Source of the DNA: Schizochytrium sp. TIO01
Lineage: Eukaryota; Protista; Bigyra: Labyrinthulomycetes
Length of the DNA stretch: 64,000 bases
Direction of reading: 5' to 3'
Assembly (NCBI GenBank): GCA_004764695.1
Contig: SMSO01000034.1
Coordinates: 2,480,001 to 2,544,000 of the forward strand
Both the position numbers and the translations under genes were made by a program. The notes below the pieces were generated by a model that had not been told where the DNA came from, did not search any database, and saw nothing but the letters and a program-made list of their open reading frames with translations. Positions 1 to 12,001 of this stretch are shown here, one piece after another. Each line of letters opens with the position of its first letter. Within the stretch, counting starts at the first letter, position 1.

Positions 1-1253
1 TTCCACTTCGGGCGTCATCGTCCTTTCGCAGGGATATTCGGACTGATCCACAGCACTCGCACTCGCCAAAAGCAGAACCAAGCCAGACCAACAACTCGAG
101 GAGTAGTATTATGTGAAACCCATACATGGTTGCAATGTATATGAGGTCAACAGTTTGGAGTCTTTTGCGCAGCATTACAACTGAAGAGGATTATCATTGC
201 ATCCCACTTCACCTCTTGTAAAGTGCCAATGGGAAAGGAATATTATTTCATGCGGGTTGTAGTAATAGAACACTCGCACTCATCAATCATACGGACGGAG
301 GCCGCTGCCAAATAAAAACTCAGCTAAAGGAATTGTGCTTGTAAAGAAAGAAGAACTGGTAATTGAAGGCGTAAGTACACACCCTCCGACAGGCTGTTCT
401 GTTCAAACATTCGCTCGAGTTTGTGTTAAAGTAAAGGGCTGCAAAGAGCACCGGCAGAAGGCTGTATTATTTAGACATGGTGTTGTGCATCTGAGTCGTG
501 AAATGGAATGAGAGATAGAGAAGCTTTAATTTGAGCTTTTATCCAAGCTGCATGATCGATAGCGATAGAAGAAACTTCTGACTAGAATCGAAGATTGATA
601 GGAATAGGAATGGCCCAGGAGTGAAAGTGTAGACCTTTGTGTAACTCAAAGGGTACTCGTATAGTACCAACTCAAAATATCAGTAAAAGATTGAAAAGAG
701 TGCCCGGGAACGAAAACGGAAATTGAAAGATGCGAATGCCCGAATTAGTGCTTGAAAATTTTCATATTCTGGTCATGGTGAGGTATATTCATGAAATTAA
801 TTAACCTTTCAACCTTTCAACCTTAATAAATTGAGAAGACATCTTGAGAAATGACTTCTGCAGTGCAAAGTAGGTACTTTTCTACCTGTATCACTCTCAC
901 GAGGTACTGAATATAAATTTCTTTCTGTAATGTATAACTTCGAACAAAAGGATAAATAGTAATAGGGAGACTCAATACGCTTAGAGACTTCGAAGTTTAA
1001 GACATAAATAATAAACTATGCCTAAACATCTCTTAATTTTGGTAGAACGTTGCTTCTTAGTAATTTATTTAACTTCAGGGCAGACAAAACAAGCATACAG
1101 ACTTGCAAAACCGATAGCCAAGTTGCAGATTCACGCGCGCAAGGAGCACTTGCTTGCAAAGACTACATCTCTCGATTTCGTGGCCCAGGACGAAGGCGTG
1201 CAGTATTTGTGAGAGATTGGGATTGAAAGTGTTGCTCTATCGAGGGAGCTACC

Positions 1254-4200
1254 ATGTCGCATCACCCAGAGGTCATCACAGCACTTGAAGCGCTTCGTCA
1301 GGGTTCAACAAATATAACGTAGGTTTACATTGCATTGTCTCCTTTCGAAGTGGTGCTATACGAAATAGAAACCGAGAGGAATTACCAAATAGGATGACCG
1401 ACTTTTAACAGTATGCATACGTGCAATATGTTGTTTATGAAAAATTAATTGAGCCTACAGCCTTGACAAAGCCGAAATCGGTGACGAGGGCGCGAAAGCA
1501 CTTGCGGCAGCCTTGGAAAACCATCACTCACTTACAGAACTTGGGTAAGTTATCTAGTTTTTTGGACACGTTTGACACTTGAGCCAAGTTTTGTTGTTCG
1601 CTAGCCCAATATGATGCATGTTGGGGTTGACAATTGAATCACTTGTGCCAACACCTATGTTATTGTCAATTAGTTTAATCTTGGGCGTGCCTACTTCTAC
1701 GTAGACAAGTAAAAAACGCGGCAACTAAAGATGGCATCTGGAGCTAAACGACTGACGGATATGTGTATTATAATATGCTTGCTTGCACTGTGGTTCTTGC
1801 GATTGGGGAATTCACGCAACAGTCTTTATTCAAATAAGATTGGTGATGAGGGCGCGAAAGCACTTGCGTCAGCCTTGGAAAACCATCACTCACTTACAAA
1901 ACTTGAGTAAGTTATCTAATTGTTTGGACACGTTTGAAACCTGAGTCAAGTGTTGTAGTTCGCTAGCCAAATACGATCCCAGTTGACATTGCAAATTGAA
2001 TCACTTGTGCCAACATCTATGTTACTGTCAATTGGTTTGCTCTTTAGCGTGTCTGCCTCTGCGTAGACAGGTAAAAATGAGGCAACAAAAGATGGCATTT
2101 GGAGCTAAACCACTGACGCATTTGTGTGTTTGAAACATGCTTGCAAGTGTTACTTTCGATTGATTTATCATAACATCAGTCTTGCCTATAATGAGATTGG
2201 TGATGAGGGCGCGAAAGCACTTGCGTCAGCCTTGGAAAACCATCACTCACTTAAAGAACTCTCGTAAGTTATCTGATTGTTTGGGCACGTTTGAAACCTG
2301 AGCCAAGTTTTGTTGTTCGCTAGTCAAACATGATGCCAGTTGAGCTTGTAAATTAAATTACCAGTGTCAACATCTATGCTATTGTCCATTGGTTTGATCT
2401 TGAGCGTGTCTACTTCTACGTAGACAGGTAAAAATGAGGCAACAAAAGATGGCATTTGGAGATAAACGACTGACGTATTTGTGTGTGTGACACATGCTTG
2501 CAATGTGTTACTTGCAACTGATTGATCATAACGGCAGTATTGGCGGGAATAAGATTGGTGAGGAAGGCGCGAAAGCACTTTCGTCAGCCTTGGAAAACCA
2601 GCACTCACTTACAGAACTTGAGTAAGTTATCTAGTTGTTTGGACACGTTTGAAACCTGAGCCAAGTTTTGTAGTTCGCTATCCAAATATGATGCAAGCTG
2701 CGGTTGCAAATTGAAGCACTTGCGCCCACATCTATGTTACTGTCAATTGGTTTGATCTGGGCCGTGTCTACCCGTGTTAGACAGGTACAAAGCGAGGCAA
2801 CTAAAGATGGCATTTGGAGCTAAACGACTGACGTAGTTGAGTCTTGCAACATGCTTGCAATGCGTTACTTTCGATTGATTTATCATAACATTAGTTTTGC
2901 CTATAATGAGATTGGTGATGAGGGCGCGAAAGCACTTGCATCAGCCTTGGAAAACCATCACTCACTTACAATACTCTTGTAAGTTATCTAATTGTTTGGA
3001 CACGTTTGAAACCTGAGCCAAGTTTTGTTGTTCGCGAGCCGAATATGATGCATGTTGGGGTTGCAAATTGAATCACTTGTGTCAACATCTATGTTACTGT
3101 CGATTGGTTTGATCTCGAGCGTGTCTGCCTCTGCGTAGACAGGTAAAAAACGAGGCAACTAAAGATGGCATTTGGAGCTAAACGACTGACGTATTTGAGT
3201 CTTGCAACATGCTTGCAATGCGTTACTTTCGATTGATTTATCATAACATTAGTCTTGCCTATGATGAGATTGGTGATGAAGGCGCGAAAGCACTTGCATC
3301 AGCCTTGGAAAACCATCACTCACTTACAAAACTTTAGTAAGTTATCTAATTGTTTGGACACTTTTGAAACCTGAGGCAAGTTTTGTAGTTCGCGAGCCGA
3401 ATATGATGCATGCTGGGGTTGCAAATTGAATCACTTGTGTCAACATCTATGTTACTGTCGAGTGGTTTGCTCTTCAGCGAGCCTGCCTCTGCGCAAGTTT
3501 TGTAGTTCGCGAGCCGAATATGATGCATGTTGGGGTTGCAAATTGAATCACTTGTGTCAACATCTATGTTACTGTCGATTGGTTTGCTCTTCAGCGTGTC
3601 TGCCTCTGCGTAGACAGGTACAAAACGAGGCAACTAAAGATGGCATTTGGAGCTAAACGACTGACTTGTTTGTGTCTTGCAACACGCTTGCAATGTGTTA
3701 CTTTCGATTGATTTATCATAACATCAGTCTTGCCTATAATGAGATTGGTGATGAGGGCGCGAAAGCACTTGCATCAGCCTTGGAAAACCATCACTCACTT
3801 ACATCACTCTAGTAAGTTATCTAATTGTTTGGACACGTTTGAAACCTGAGGCAAGTTTTGTAGTTCGCGAGCCGAATATGATGCATGTTGGGGTTGCAAA
3901 TTGAATCACTTGTGTCAACATCTATGTTACTGTCAATTGGTTTGATCTCGAGCGTGTCTGCCTCTGTGTAGACAGGTAAAAAACGAGGCAACTAAAGATG
4001 GCGTTTCGAGCTAAACGACTGACTTGTTTGTGTCTTGCAACACGCTTGCAATGTGTTACTTTCGATTGATTGATCATAACATCAGTCTTGGCTGGAATAT
4101 TATTGGTGAAGAGGGCACGAAAGCACTTGCGTCAGCCTTGGAAAACCATCACTCACTTACAAAACTTTAGTAAGTTATCTAATTGCTTGGACACGTTTGA

Positions 4201-7200
4201 AACCTGAGCCAAGTTTTGTTGTTCGCTAGCCCAATATGATGCATGTTGGGGTTGCAAATTGAATCACTTGTGCCAACATCTATGTTACTGTCAATTGGTT
4301 TGCTCTTTAGCGTGTCTACCTCTGCGTAGACAGGTAAAAACGTTGCAGCTAAAGATGGCATTTGGGGCTAAACGACTGACTTGTTTGTGTCTTGCAACAC
4401 GCTTGCAATGTGTTACTTTCGATTAATTGATTATAACGTCAGTCTTGGCAAGAGTAATATTGGTGATGAGGGCGCGAAAGCACTTGCGGCAGCCTTGGAA
4501 AACCATCACTCACTTACAGAACTTGGGTAAGTTATCTGATTGTTTGGACACGTTTGACACTTGAGCCAAGTTTTGTTGTTCGCTAGCCCAATATGATGCA
4601 TGTTGGGGTTGACAATTGAATCACTTGTGCCAACACCTATGTTATTGTCAATTAGTTTAATCTTGGGCGTGCCTACTTCTACGTAGACAAGTAAAAAACG
4701 CGGCAACTAAAGATGGCATCTGGAGCTAAACGACTGACGGATATGTGTATTATAATATGCTTGCTTGCACTGTGGTTCTTGCGATTGGGGAATTCACGCA
4801 ACAGTCTTTATTCAAATAAGATTGGTGATGAGGGCGCGGAAGCACTTGCGTCAGCCTTGGAAAACCATCACTCACTTACAAAACTTGAGTAAGTTATCTA
4901 ATTGTTTGGACACGTTTGAAACCTGAGCCAAGTGTTGTAGTTCGCTAGCCAAATACGATCCCAGTTGACATTGCAAATTGAATCACTTGTGCCAACATCT
5001 ATGTTACTGTCAATTGGTTTGCTCTTTAGCGTGTCTGCCTCTGCGTAGACAGGTAAAAATGAGGCAACAAAAGATGGCATTTGGAGCTAAACCACTGACG
5101 CATTTGTGTGTTTGAAACATGCTTGCAAGTGTTACTTTCGATTGATTTATCATAACATCAGTCTTGCCTATAATGAGATTGGTGATGAGGGCGCGAAAGC
5201 ACTTGCGTCAGCCTTGGAAAACCATCACTCACTTAAAGAACTCTCGTAAGTTATCTGATTGTTTGGGCACGTTTGAAACCTGAGCCAAGTTTTGTTGTTC
5301 GCTAGCCAAATATGAGGCCAGTTGGCGTTGCCAATTGAATCACTTGTGCCAACATCTATGTTACTGTCAAATGGTTTGCTCTCTAGCGCGTCTACCATTC
5401 CTTATATTAAAATAAAAGTCGGGGCAACTGAAGATGGCATTTGGAGCTAAAGAACTAACGCATTTGTGTTTGGAACATGCTTGCAATGTGTTACTTTCGA
5501 TTGATTGATAACTTCAGTCTTATCAATAATCAGATTGGTGATGAGGGCGCGAAAGCACTTTCGTCAGCCTTGGAAAACCATCAGTCAATTACAAAACTTT
5601 AGTAAGTTATCTGATTGCTTGGAAACGTTTGAAACTTGAGCCAAGTTTTGTAGTTTGCTAGCCAGACATGATCCCAACTGGATTGGTGAATGAGAATATT
5701 TATGTTTATTGCTATGTAATTGTCCATTAGGTTGTCATTGAGCGCGTCTTCCATTCCTTATATTAAAATAAAAGTCGGGGTATCTAAAGTTTGCATTTGG
5801 AACTAAATGACTGACGTATTTGTGTGTTTGCCACACCCTTGCAATGTGTTACTTTCGATTGATTGATCATAACTTCAGTCTTGGCGAGAACAATATTGGT
5901 ACTGAGAGCGCGAAAGCACTTGCGTCAGCCTTGGAAAACCATCACTCACTTACAGCAATCTCGTAAGTTATCTAATTGTTTGGACACGTTTGAAACCTGA
6001 GCCGAGTTTTGTTGTTCGCGAGCCGAATATGATGCATGTTGGAGTTGCAAATTGAATCACTAGTGTCGACATCTATGCTATTGTCAATTGGTTTGCTCTT
6101 TAGCGTTTCTACCTCTGCGTAGACAGGTAAAAATGAGGCAACTAAAGATGGCGTTTGGAGCTAAACGACTGACTTATTTGTGTGCAACACGCTTGCAATG
6201 TGTTACTTTCGATTGATTGATCGTAACGTCAGTCTTGTCGGGAATAATATTGGTGTTGAGGGCGCGAAAGCACTTGCGTCAGCCTTGAAAAACCATCACT
6301 CACTTACAGCAATCTCGTAAGTTATCTAATTGTTTGGACACGTTTGAAACCTGAGCCGAGTTTTGTTGTTCGCGAGCAGAATATAATGCATGTTGGAGTT
6401 GCAAATTGAATCACTAGTGTCGACATCTATGCTATTGTCAATTGGTTTGCTCTTTAGCGTTTCTACCTCTGCGTAGACAGGTAAAAATGAGGCAACTAAA
6501 GATGGCGTTTGGAGCTAAACGACTGACTTATTTGTGTCTTGCAACACGTTTGCAATGTGTTACTTGCGATTGATTGATCATAACATCAGTCTTGGCGTGA
6601 GTAATATTGGTGATGTGGGCGCGAAAGCACTTGCGTCAGCTTTGAGAAACCATCACTCACTTACAGAACTCTAGTAAGTTATTTAAGTGTTTGGACACGT
6701 TTGAAACCTGAGCCAAGTGTTGTAGTTCGCTAGCCAAATACGATCCCAGTTGTCATTGCAAATTGAATCACTTGTGCCAACATCTATGTTATTGTCAATT
6801 GGTTTGCTCTTTAGCGCGTCTACCTCTGCGTAGACAGGTAAAAATGAGGTAACTAAAGATAGCATTTGGAGCTGAACGGCTGACTTGTTTGTGTCTTGCA
6901 ACATGCTTGCAATGTGTTACTTTCGATTGGGGGATGCACGCAACAGTCTTACCGGGAATAATATTGGTGATGAGGGTGTAGCTGCTCTGGCAGCAGCCTT
7001 GGAATACCATCACTCACTTACAACACTGATGTAAGTTATTGGATCAGTTTTACACGTGTGTAACCTGGGCTATGCTTGCTGTACTTTTTAAACTGTTTCA
7101 AGTTGAAACGATTACTTAATCCATGATAAATTAAATCTAACTGCCAAATGATTAAATAAAGAGGAATTGTAAGGAGATAGAGGGCTGACTTTCATGCTTT

Positions 7201-10200
7201 GTATGTCTGATGTATCTTTCTATGACAGACTTCAAAACAACCTGATCAGATCAATTGGCGCTAAAGCTTTGGCTTCGGCACTAAAAAAGAGCCTGTCACT
7301 GAATAATCTTGAGTAAGTTCTTGCAGATAGCATACGAGCCTGGATACAATACTTATTTGCCATCATGTTCACCGTCTGAAAGAGCATCCTAGGCTATTTT
7401 TAAAGATCAATTTATGGAAAGGAAGTTACTAAAGGAAACCAAATAATTGATTGATTTGAGCATTAGATAAAAAGCAAGATGACTAACTTTGAAGGTATTG
7501 GCGCACGGCCTGGCATAATTTATACGATTCATTAGTCTCGCCTATAATTCTGTCGATGACAGCGGCGCAAAGGCACTAGCTCGAGCGTTGAAACATAACG
7601 TATCACTAGAATTTCTCGGGTAGGTTTTCTTATTTCTCAAGGTTATATATATGAAGTATAGGTGAAGCTATCCTCATCGTTTCAAGAAACGGTTTATTGG
7701 GTTATTCTTATTTGCATCTGTGCTTTTGGCTTGATGTTCTTTTTCAAGTCAAGTGAAAAGCAAGACTAAAGGTATACTTGGTAACTGACTACCGAGGACT
7801 TGTGAATTGCTTTCTATCATATAAATGATCAACAGTTTGCAAGGTAATAATATAGGCCCATCAGGCTTCACGGCATTGGCCGATGCACTGGAGGAAAATG
7901 ATACTATTTTGCTAGGGTAAGTTTCGTACCCGTTTCTTTTGGGTCAAATCCAGAAAAGCGTTAAGGTTGAAGAAGCCAAAGAGAAATCTGCAATCATTTA
8001 AACTGACCTCAAGTAATATAATAGGCTTCATCCTGATACTATCCCTGAGGCCACGAGACTTCGCATTGGCGATCGCTTTAGGTTTTCCGAAGAAATTATG
8101 GAATATGCCGAATTTTCGAAGTCCGCAAGAAATGCACTTTCAAAAGATCAAACGGCACGGTGGGGCCGAGCAAAGCTGATGGTGGTCGGAAAAGCAGGTG
8201 CTGGCAAGACTTCGACCATCCGGACATTGCTCGGTAAAGATTTTAAATCAGAGCACGACTCGACTATTGGTGTAGACTTAAAGCTCATTCGCACTAAAGA
8301 CTGGCAAGAGCAAGAGACGGGCTATCGGTCGGCTGATCTCTGTGAGGTTCTCGTAAAGCATCAGCTCTTTGGGGAACGCATGAGTCTACCGAAGCCTGTT
8401 GTCCCCAAACGAAGTGGAAGGTCACTAACCAGGCTGTTTGCACCTTGGAAAAAAGACAAGCCGAAACCAAAGATTGTCGAGGATGAGGTTGCAAGATCTT
8501 TCAATCTGGCTGTAAAGCTTGAGTTTCAAGAGAAAGGGCGTGCAAAAGTCGACCGAGAGATCAGCTTCACGGTGTGGGATTATGGCGGACAGGAAGTTTT
8601 CTATGCTTTGCATCACCTGTTCTTAACCAACTATGGCGTGTGTGTCATTGTTTTCGATATGCGAGAAGTGGTTGGAAAGGAAAATTTCCAGAACCATCCA
8701 GATTACGAATCCATGCAGGACGAGGAGGTAGCGTTGAAGACCATACAGTTTTGGCTAGACTCGATAAGCTTACATGCAGAAGGGGCAGATGTAGTTCTTG
8801 TCGGGACATACCTCGACGCCATGGGCAATCTCGAGGAAGACCTAAAGCTCGTCAACTCCAGGTTAGAGGATGTCTTGCGCCAGGCTAATAAGGACCTTGC
8901 ACTTGTGCACAACCTGGGAGATAGTCTGTGCTATTATCCTCTGGACAACACTGAACGGCAAGACGAAAGGCGTTGCAAAATGCTACGTGACTCTCTCTGG
9001 AAAACAGCTGTCTCAAAAGATTACGTTCAGGAGAAGGTGCCATTGCGGTGGTCTCTGTGTTTGGAGCACATGTTCTTATCAAAGAAAGATTATATGGAAC
9101 TTGATGCCGTGAAGGAGCTTGCAACGAATACCTGTAAGATTTCAGAAGATAGGGTACCAGAAATGTTGGACTTTATGCACCAGCTGGGTGTCATTGTGCA
9201 TCTAACCTCCACCGAAGCCCTAAAAAAATACGTGATCCTGCACCCTCAATGGCTGTTGAATAACTTGACATACGTAATTTGTGACCCAAGACACATGGAC
9301 GTGCACGCCACAAAATTGAAGAAAAGAGTTATGCAACCAATCTCACCCATTAGTTTGTTTCGTGATATAGAAAAGTGGGAGAAGCGTGGCATTGCAACCT
9401 CTGCATTCTTATCACAGGTCTGGAAGGATTCACATCTAGTGGTCTATTTTACCGAACTCATGATTGAAATGCTTCTTGCGAGCTACAGTCCTTGGATCCC
9501 AGACTTGGACGAAAAAGGCGATTTGCTAGTGCCGAGTTTGTTAATGCCAATATCCAAGGCTGAGCTGAATACACTCCTTGAAAAGTTCGACAACGCAGCT
9601 CTGGCATATATCCAGTTTGACATTTTACCCAGAGGGGTCTTTCAACGCTTTATTGCTGGGATGGTTTCGACTTTTGATAAAGGGATGGTGAGTATTAAAC
9701 AAGACAAGGTGTATGCAGATGCAGCAAGCATCGTCTTTGACGGAATAGATGTCCTCCTTCTTGTGTGTGAGGCTGAACGTCGCATTGTCCTTCGCTTCTC
9801 AGAGGACGATGCCACAGTATCGACGCCGGGAGGGTTATCCAACTGCATAGAGCTGCTGCAGTCTCAAATCATGTTGCTCGATGAAGCTTTTATGCAGCAA
9901 AACTTGAAAACCAAGCTAGTTTTAAGCTGCGACGGAACTACAAACGAGGAGAGCTGTGGCTTCCTTGAGGCTCTTACGATCGCTCGACGTGGAAAGTGTA
10001 TGTCTGTTGGAAATACCGAAACTTTAATGCAATCATCTTTCTCAGCGTTCTTCGCAAACGAAGAAGAGATCAAGGGGATGAATAGAAGGTTAACGCCACA
10101 TTGCCAGAAAACTTATGACGTTTTCTTATCACACTCTTGGGGCAAGGACAAATCTATCCACAAGCTTGCGCGCGACGTGGGTGATGTCCTACAGAAAGAG

Positions 10201-10695
10201 TATGGTATTTCGTGTTGGCTCGATGAAAAAGAAGTAAAACATGGTGACATTTCGACAGTTTTGGCACAAGGAATCAATGACTCTACTTTGGGTGTCGTCT
10301 TCGTCTCACGGGAATACATGGATAAGGTAAACTCTGACCCAATAAATGAGCCTGAACAGTTCTGCCGGGCTGAATTTAAGTACATGGTCAAAACGATGTC
10401 TATTCGTCGTTTGATTCCAGTTGTAGTTGAAGAAGAAATGCTGGAACAAAGAGAATGGAAAGACCTTTTCGCGTACCTTTGGGAGGGGACCCCCAGATAT
10501 TGGAAGTTGACGGACGGTTGCAACGTTGGTGACGTCAAAAAATTGAGTGATGCAATTCATGAAACTCTTGAGAGTGTTAAAAATAAATTAAACTCCGCGT
10601 CGCGCAGCTCCAAATCGAAGAAGCTAAGCAAGAGGATAATCATTTCACTTACTGATGATAGGTTTCAGCTCTTTTCAAGTTACAAATGGGAATAG
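1254..10695 (+). CDS. Multi-exon LRR-ROC-COR-TIR protein (ROCO GTPase with C-terminal TIR), ~1442 aa predicted
   Basis: Hand-built model. Exon 1 is 1254-1318 (MSHHPEV..., phase 2). 84-nt LRR exons start at 1461, 1823, 2180, 2538, 2895, 3253, 3728, 4086, 4443, 4805, 5162, 5518, 5879, 6233, 6590, 6947, 7229 and 7536. An 81-nt exon lies at 7836-7916. The terminal exon 8025-10695 is in frame with ORF 8098-10695. All introns are GT..AG and the total of 4329 nt is divisible by 3. Motifs: RI-like 28-aa LRR (LxxNxIGDEGAKALAxALxxxxSLxxL); ROC GKAGAGKTS, STIGVD, WDYGGQE, VGTYLD; COR (VPLRW, LDFMHQLGVI, PQWL); TIR (YDVFLSHSWG, WLDE, CRAEFKY). Confidence 0.9.
1461..7030 (+). repeat. Tandem array of 16 LRR exons and 15 homologous introns, period ~354-362 bp (one unit 475 bp)
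   Basis: Near-invariant exon core ggtgatgagggcgcgaaagcacttgcgtcagccttggaaaaccatcactcactta recurs. It is followed by GTAAGTTAT and a 270-278-nt intron that aligns between units. Confidence 0.97.
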
Positions 10696-12001
10696 TACAG
10701 GTTTTACTATGGAAGGCGTGATGCACGTTTTCATAACAAACTATTTTACTAAACAGACGAACAGAGGATGGCAATGGGAACACCGCAAGAACTCAGCCAG
10801 GATAAAAGAGAAGAAAGATACTCGTGTAGTTTATTGAAAATTAAGCATAAAATATATCCAGGGAGGCTTGAACCACGAGACTTGTCGTATACACATTACA
10901 ATTGATACTTGATACACCTAGAAAGTTTACGCAAGTTGAAGTTATATCCACAAGCTTCAAAAAGTGATATACTATAGCCAGATGTGACAATGTAGGTAAC
11001 TGTATTACTAGGATTAAGATTCTCTTTAAGTTTCAGTTGATCAAAATAGGTTTTATGAATAGAACTGACATATAATTAAAAATAGAGTTCTATCAAATGA
11101 GAGATTGGGGTTCAGGTACTTTTCTCCCTTGAATTTGCTGCATCTGAATTTGTTTGAAAGCAGTACTTATCCAGACCTCTTTGTGAACAAATAAGCAAAT
11201 TGACAGGGACTGTCTAAGTGATTCTTTGTTGTCTAATGCCTGGTTAAGTAAAAGAAAAAGCTAAGGGTTGAAAACGTGTCTAGAAACAGAAAATTAAATG
11301 TAAGAAGGTGAATACCTAGACAACAGGCTATTTTCTATGTATATTTTTATTTAAACTACGAAACCAAATTCTTAGTAATAATTCTAAACGGAATGGTGGT
11401 CATATAGGACTTCGATAACTCCCAAGAAAAGGTGACTTCCTCATCTTTAGAAGAGCAGTTTTGCTGCTAAATTAGTAAATACTACCTAGGTGGGTAGTTA
11501 CTTTATATAGAAATTTAGATACTAACTTTATGAGAGATTGAAGTCGGTTGGGTACGGATGGCAAAAACCAGGGATTTACAAGGAAGAAAGAAATTTTACG
11601 GGAGAGCAAAAATTGTGTAAGGAATTAAAGATGTGTAGGATAGAATTCTACAGAGCCGCTCAACCACTAAGTACTATTAGCGACTCATAGCACGCTTTCA
11701 AGTGCTCAATTGGTTTGCGTGGACTATCAGAATCCAGTGTGTTGCGCCAATGGTATAGGGGTTCACTAAATAGAGTCTGGATTGATGGCCGGCTGGCCAG
11801 CTTCTTACTCAGTCGGGAATTCCACTAGTTGGCAACTACAGCAGAGGCTGCAATGCAAGAGAGCGAGCCTCGAGGTGGTTTTCGAAGTGGTCGGAGATGG
11901 AGCAAATAGGGCCTCGAGTGAATCATCACTCGAGGCGAAGAGCTTCGCTAATCGGTCGAAACTTGTGTGGCGTTTGGAGGTGAATATGAATGATATCTAG
12001 T

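Noticed and set aside
2324-7013. Recurring 60-95-aa minus-strand ORFs (MPS...KPIDSNIDV)
   Set aside because: Antisense translations of the repeated intron. Recurrence reflects duplication, and the ORF is broken in several units.
1461-7030. CRISPR-like reading of the repeat array
   Set aside because: The period is ~357 bp, the spacers are homologous GT-AG introns, the repeats encode LRRs, and there are no cas genes.
8098-10695. Stand-alone 865-aa gene starting at 8098
   Set aside because: The frame extends upstream to a phase-compatible acceptor at 8024/8025, so it is the terminal exon of the LRR gene.
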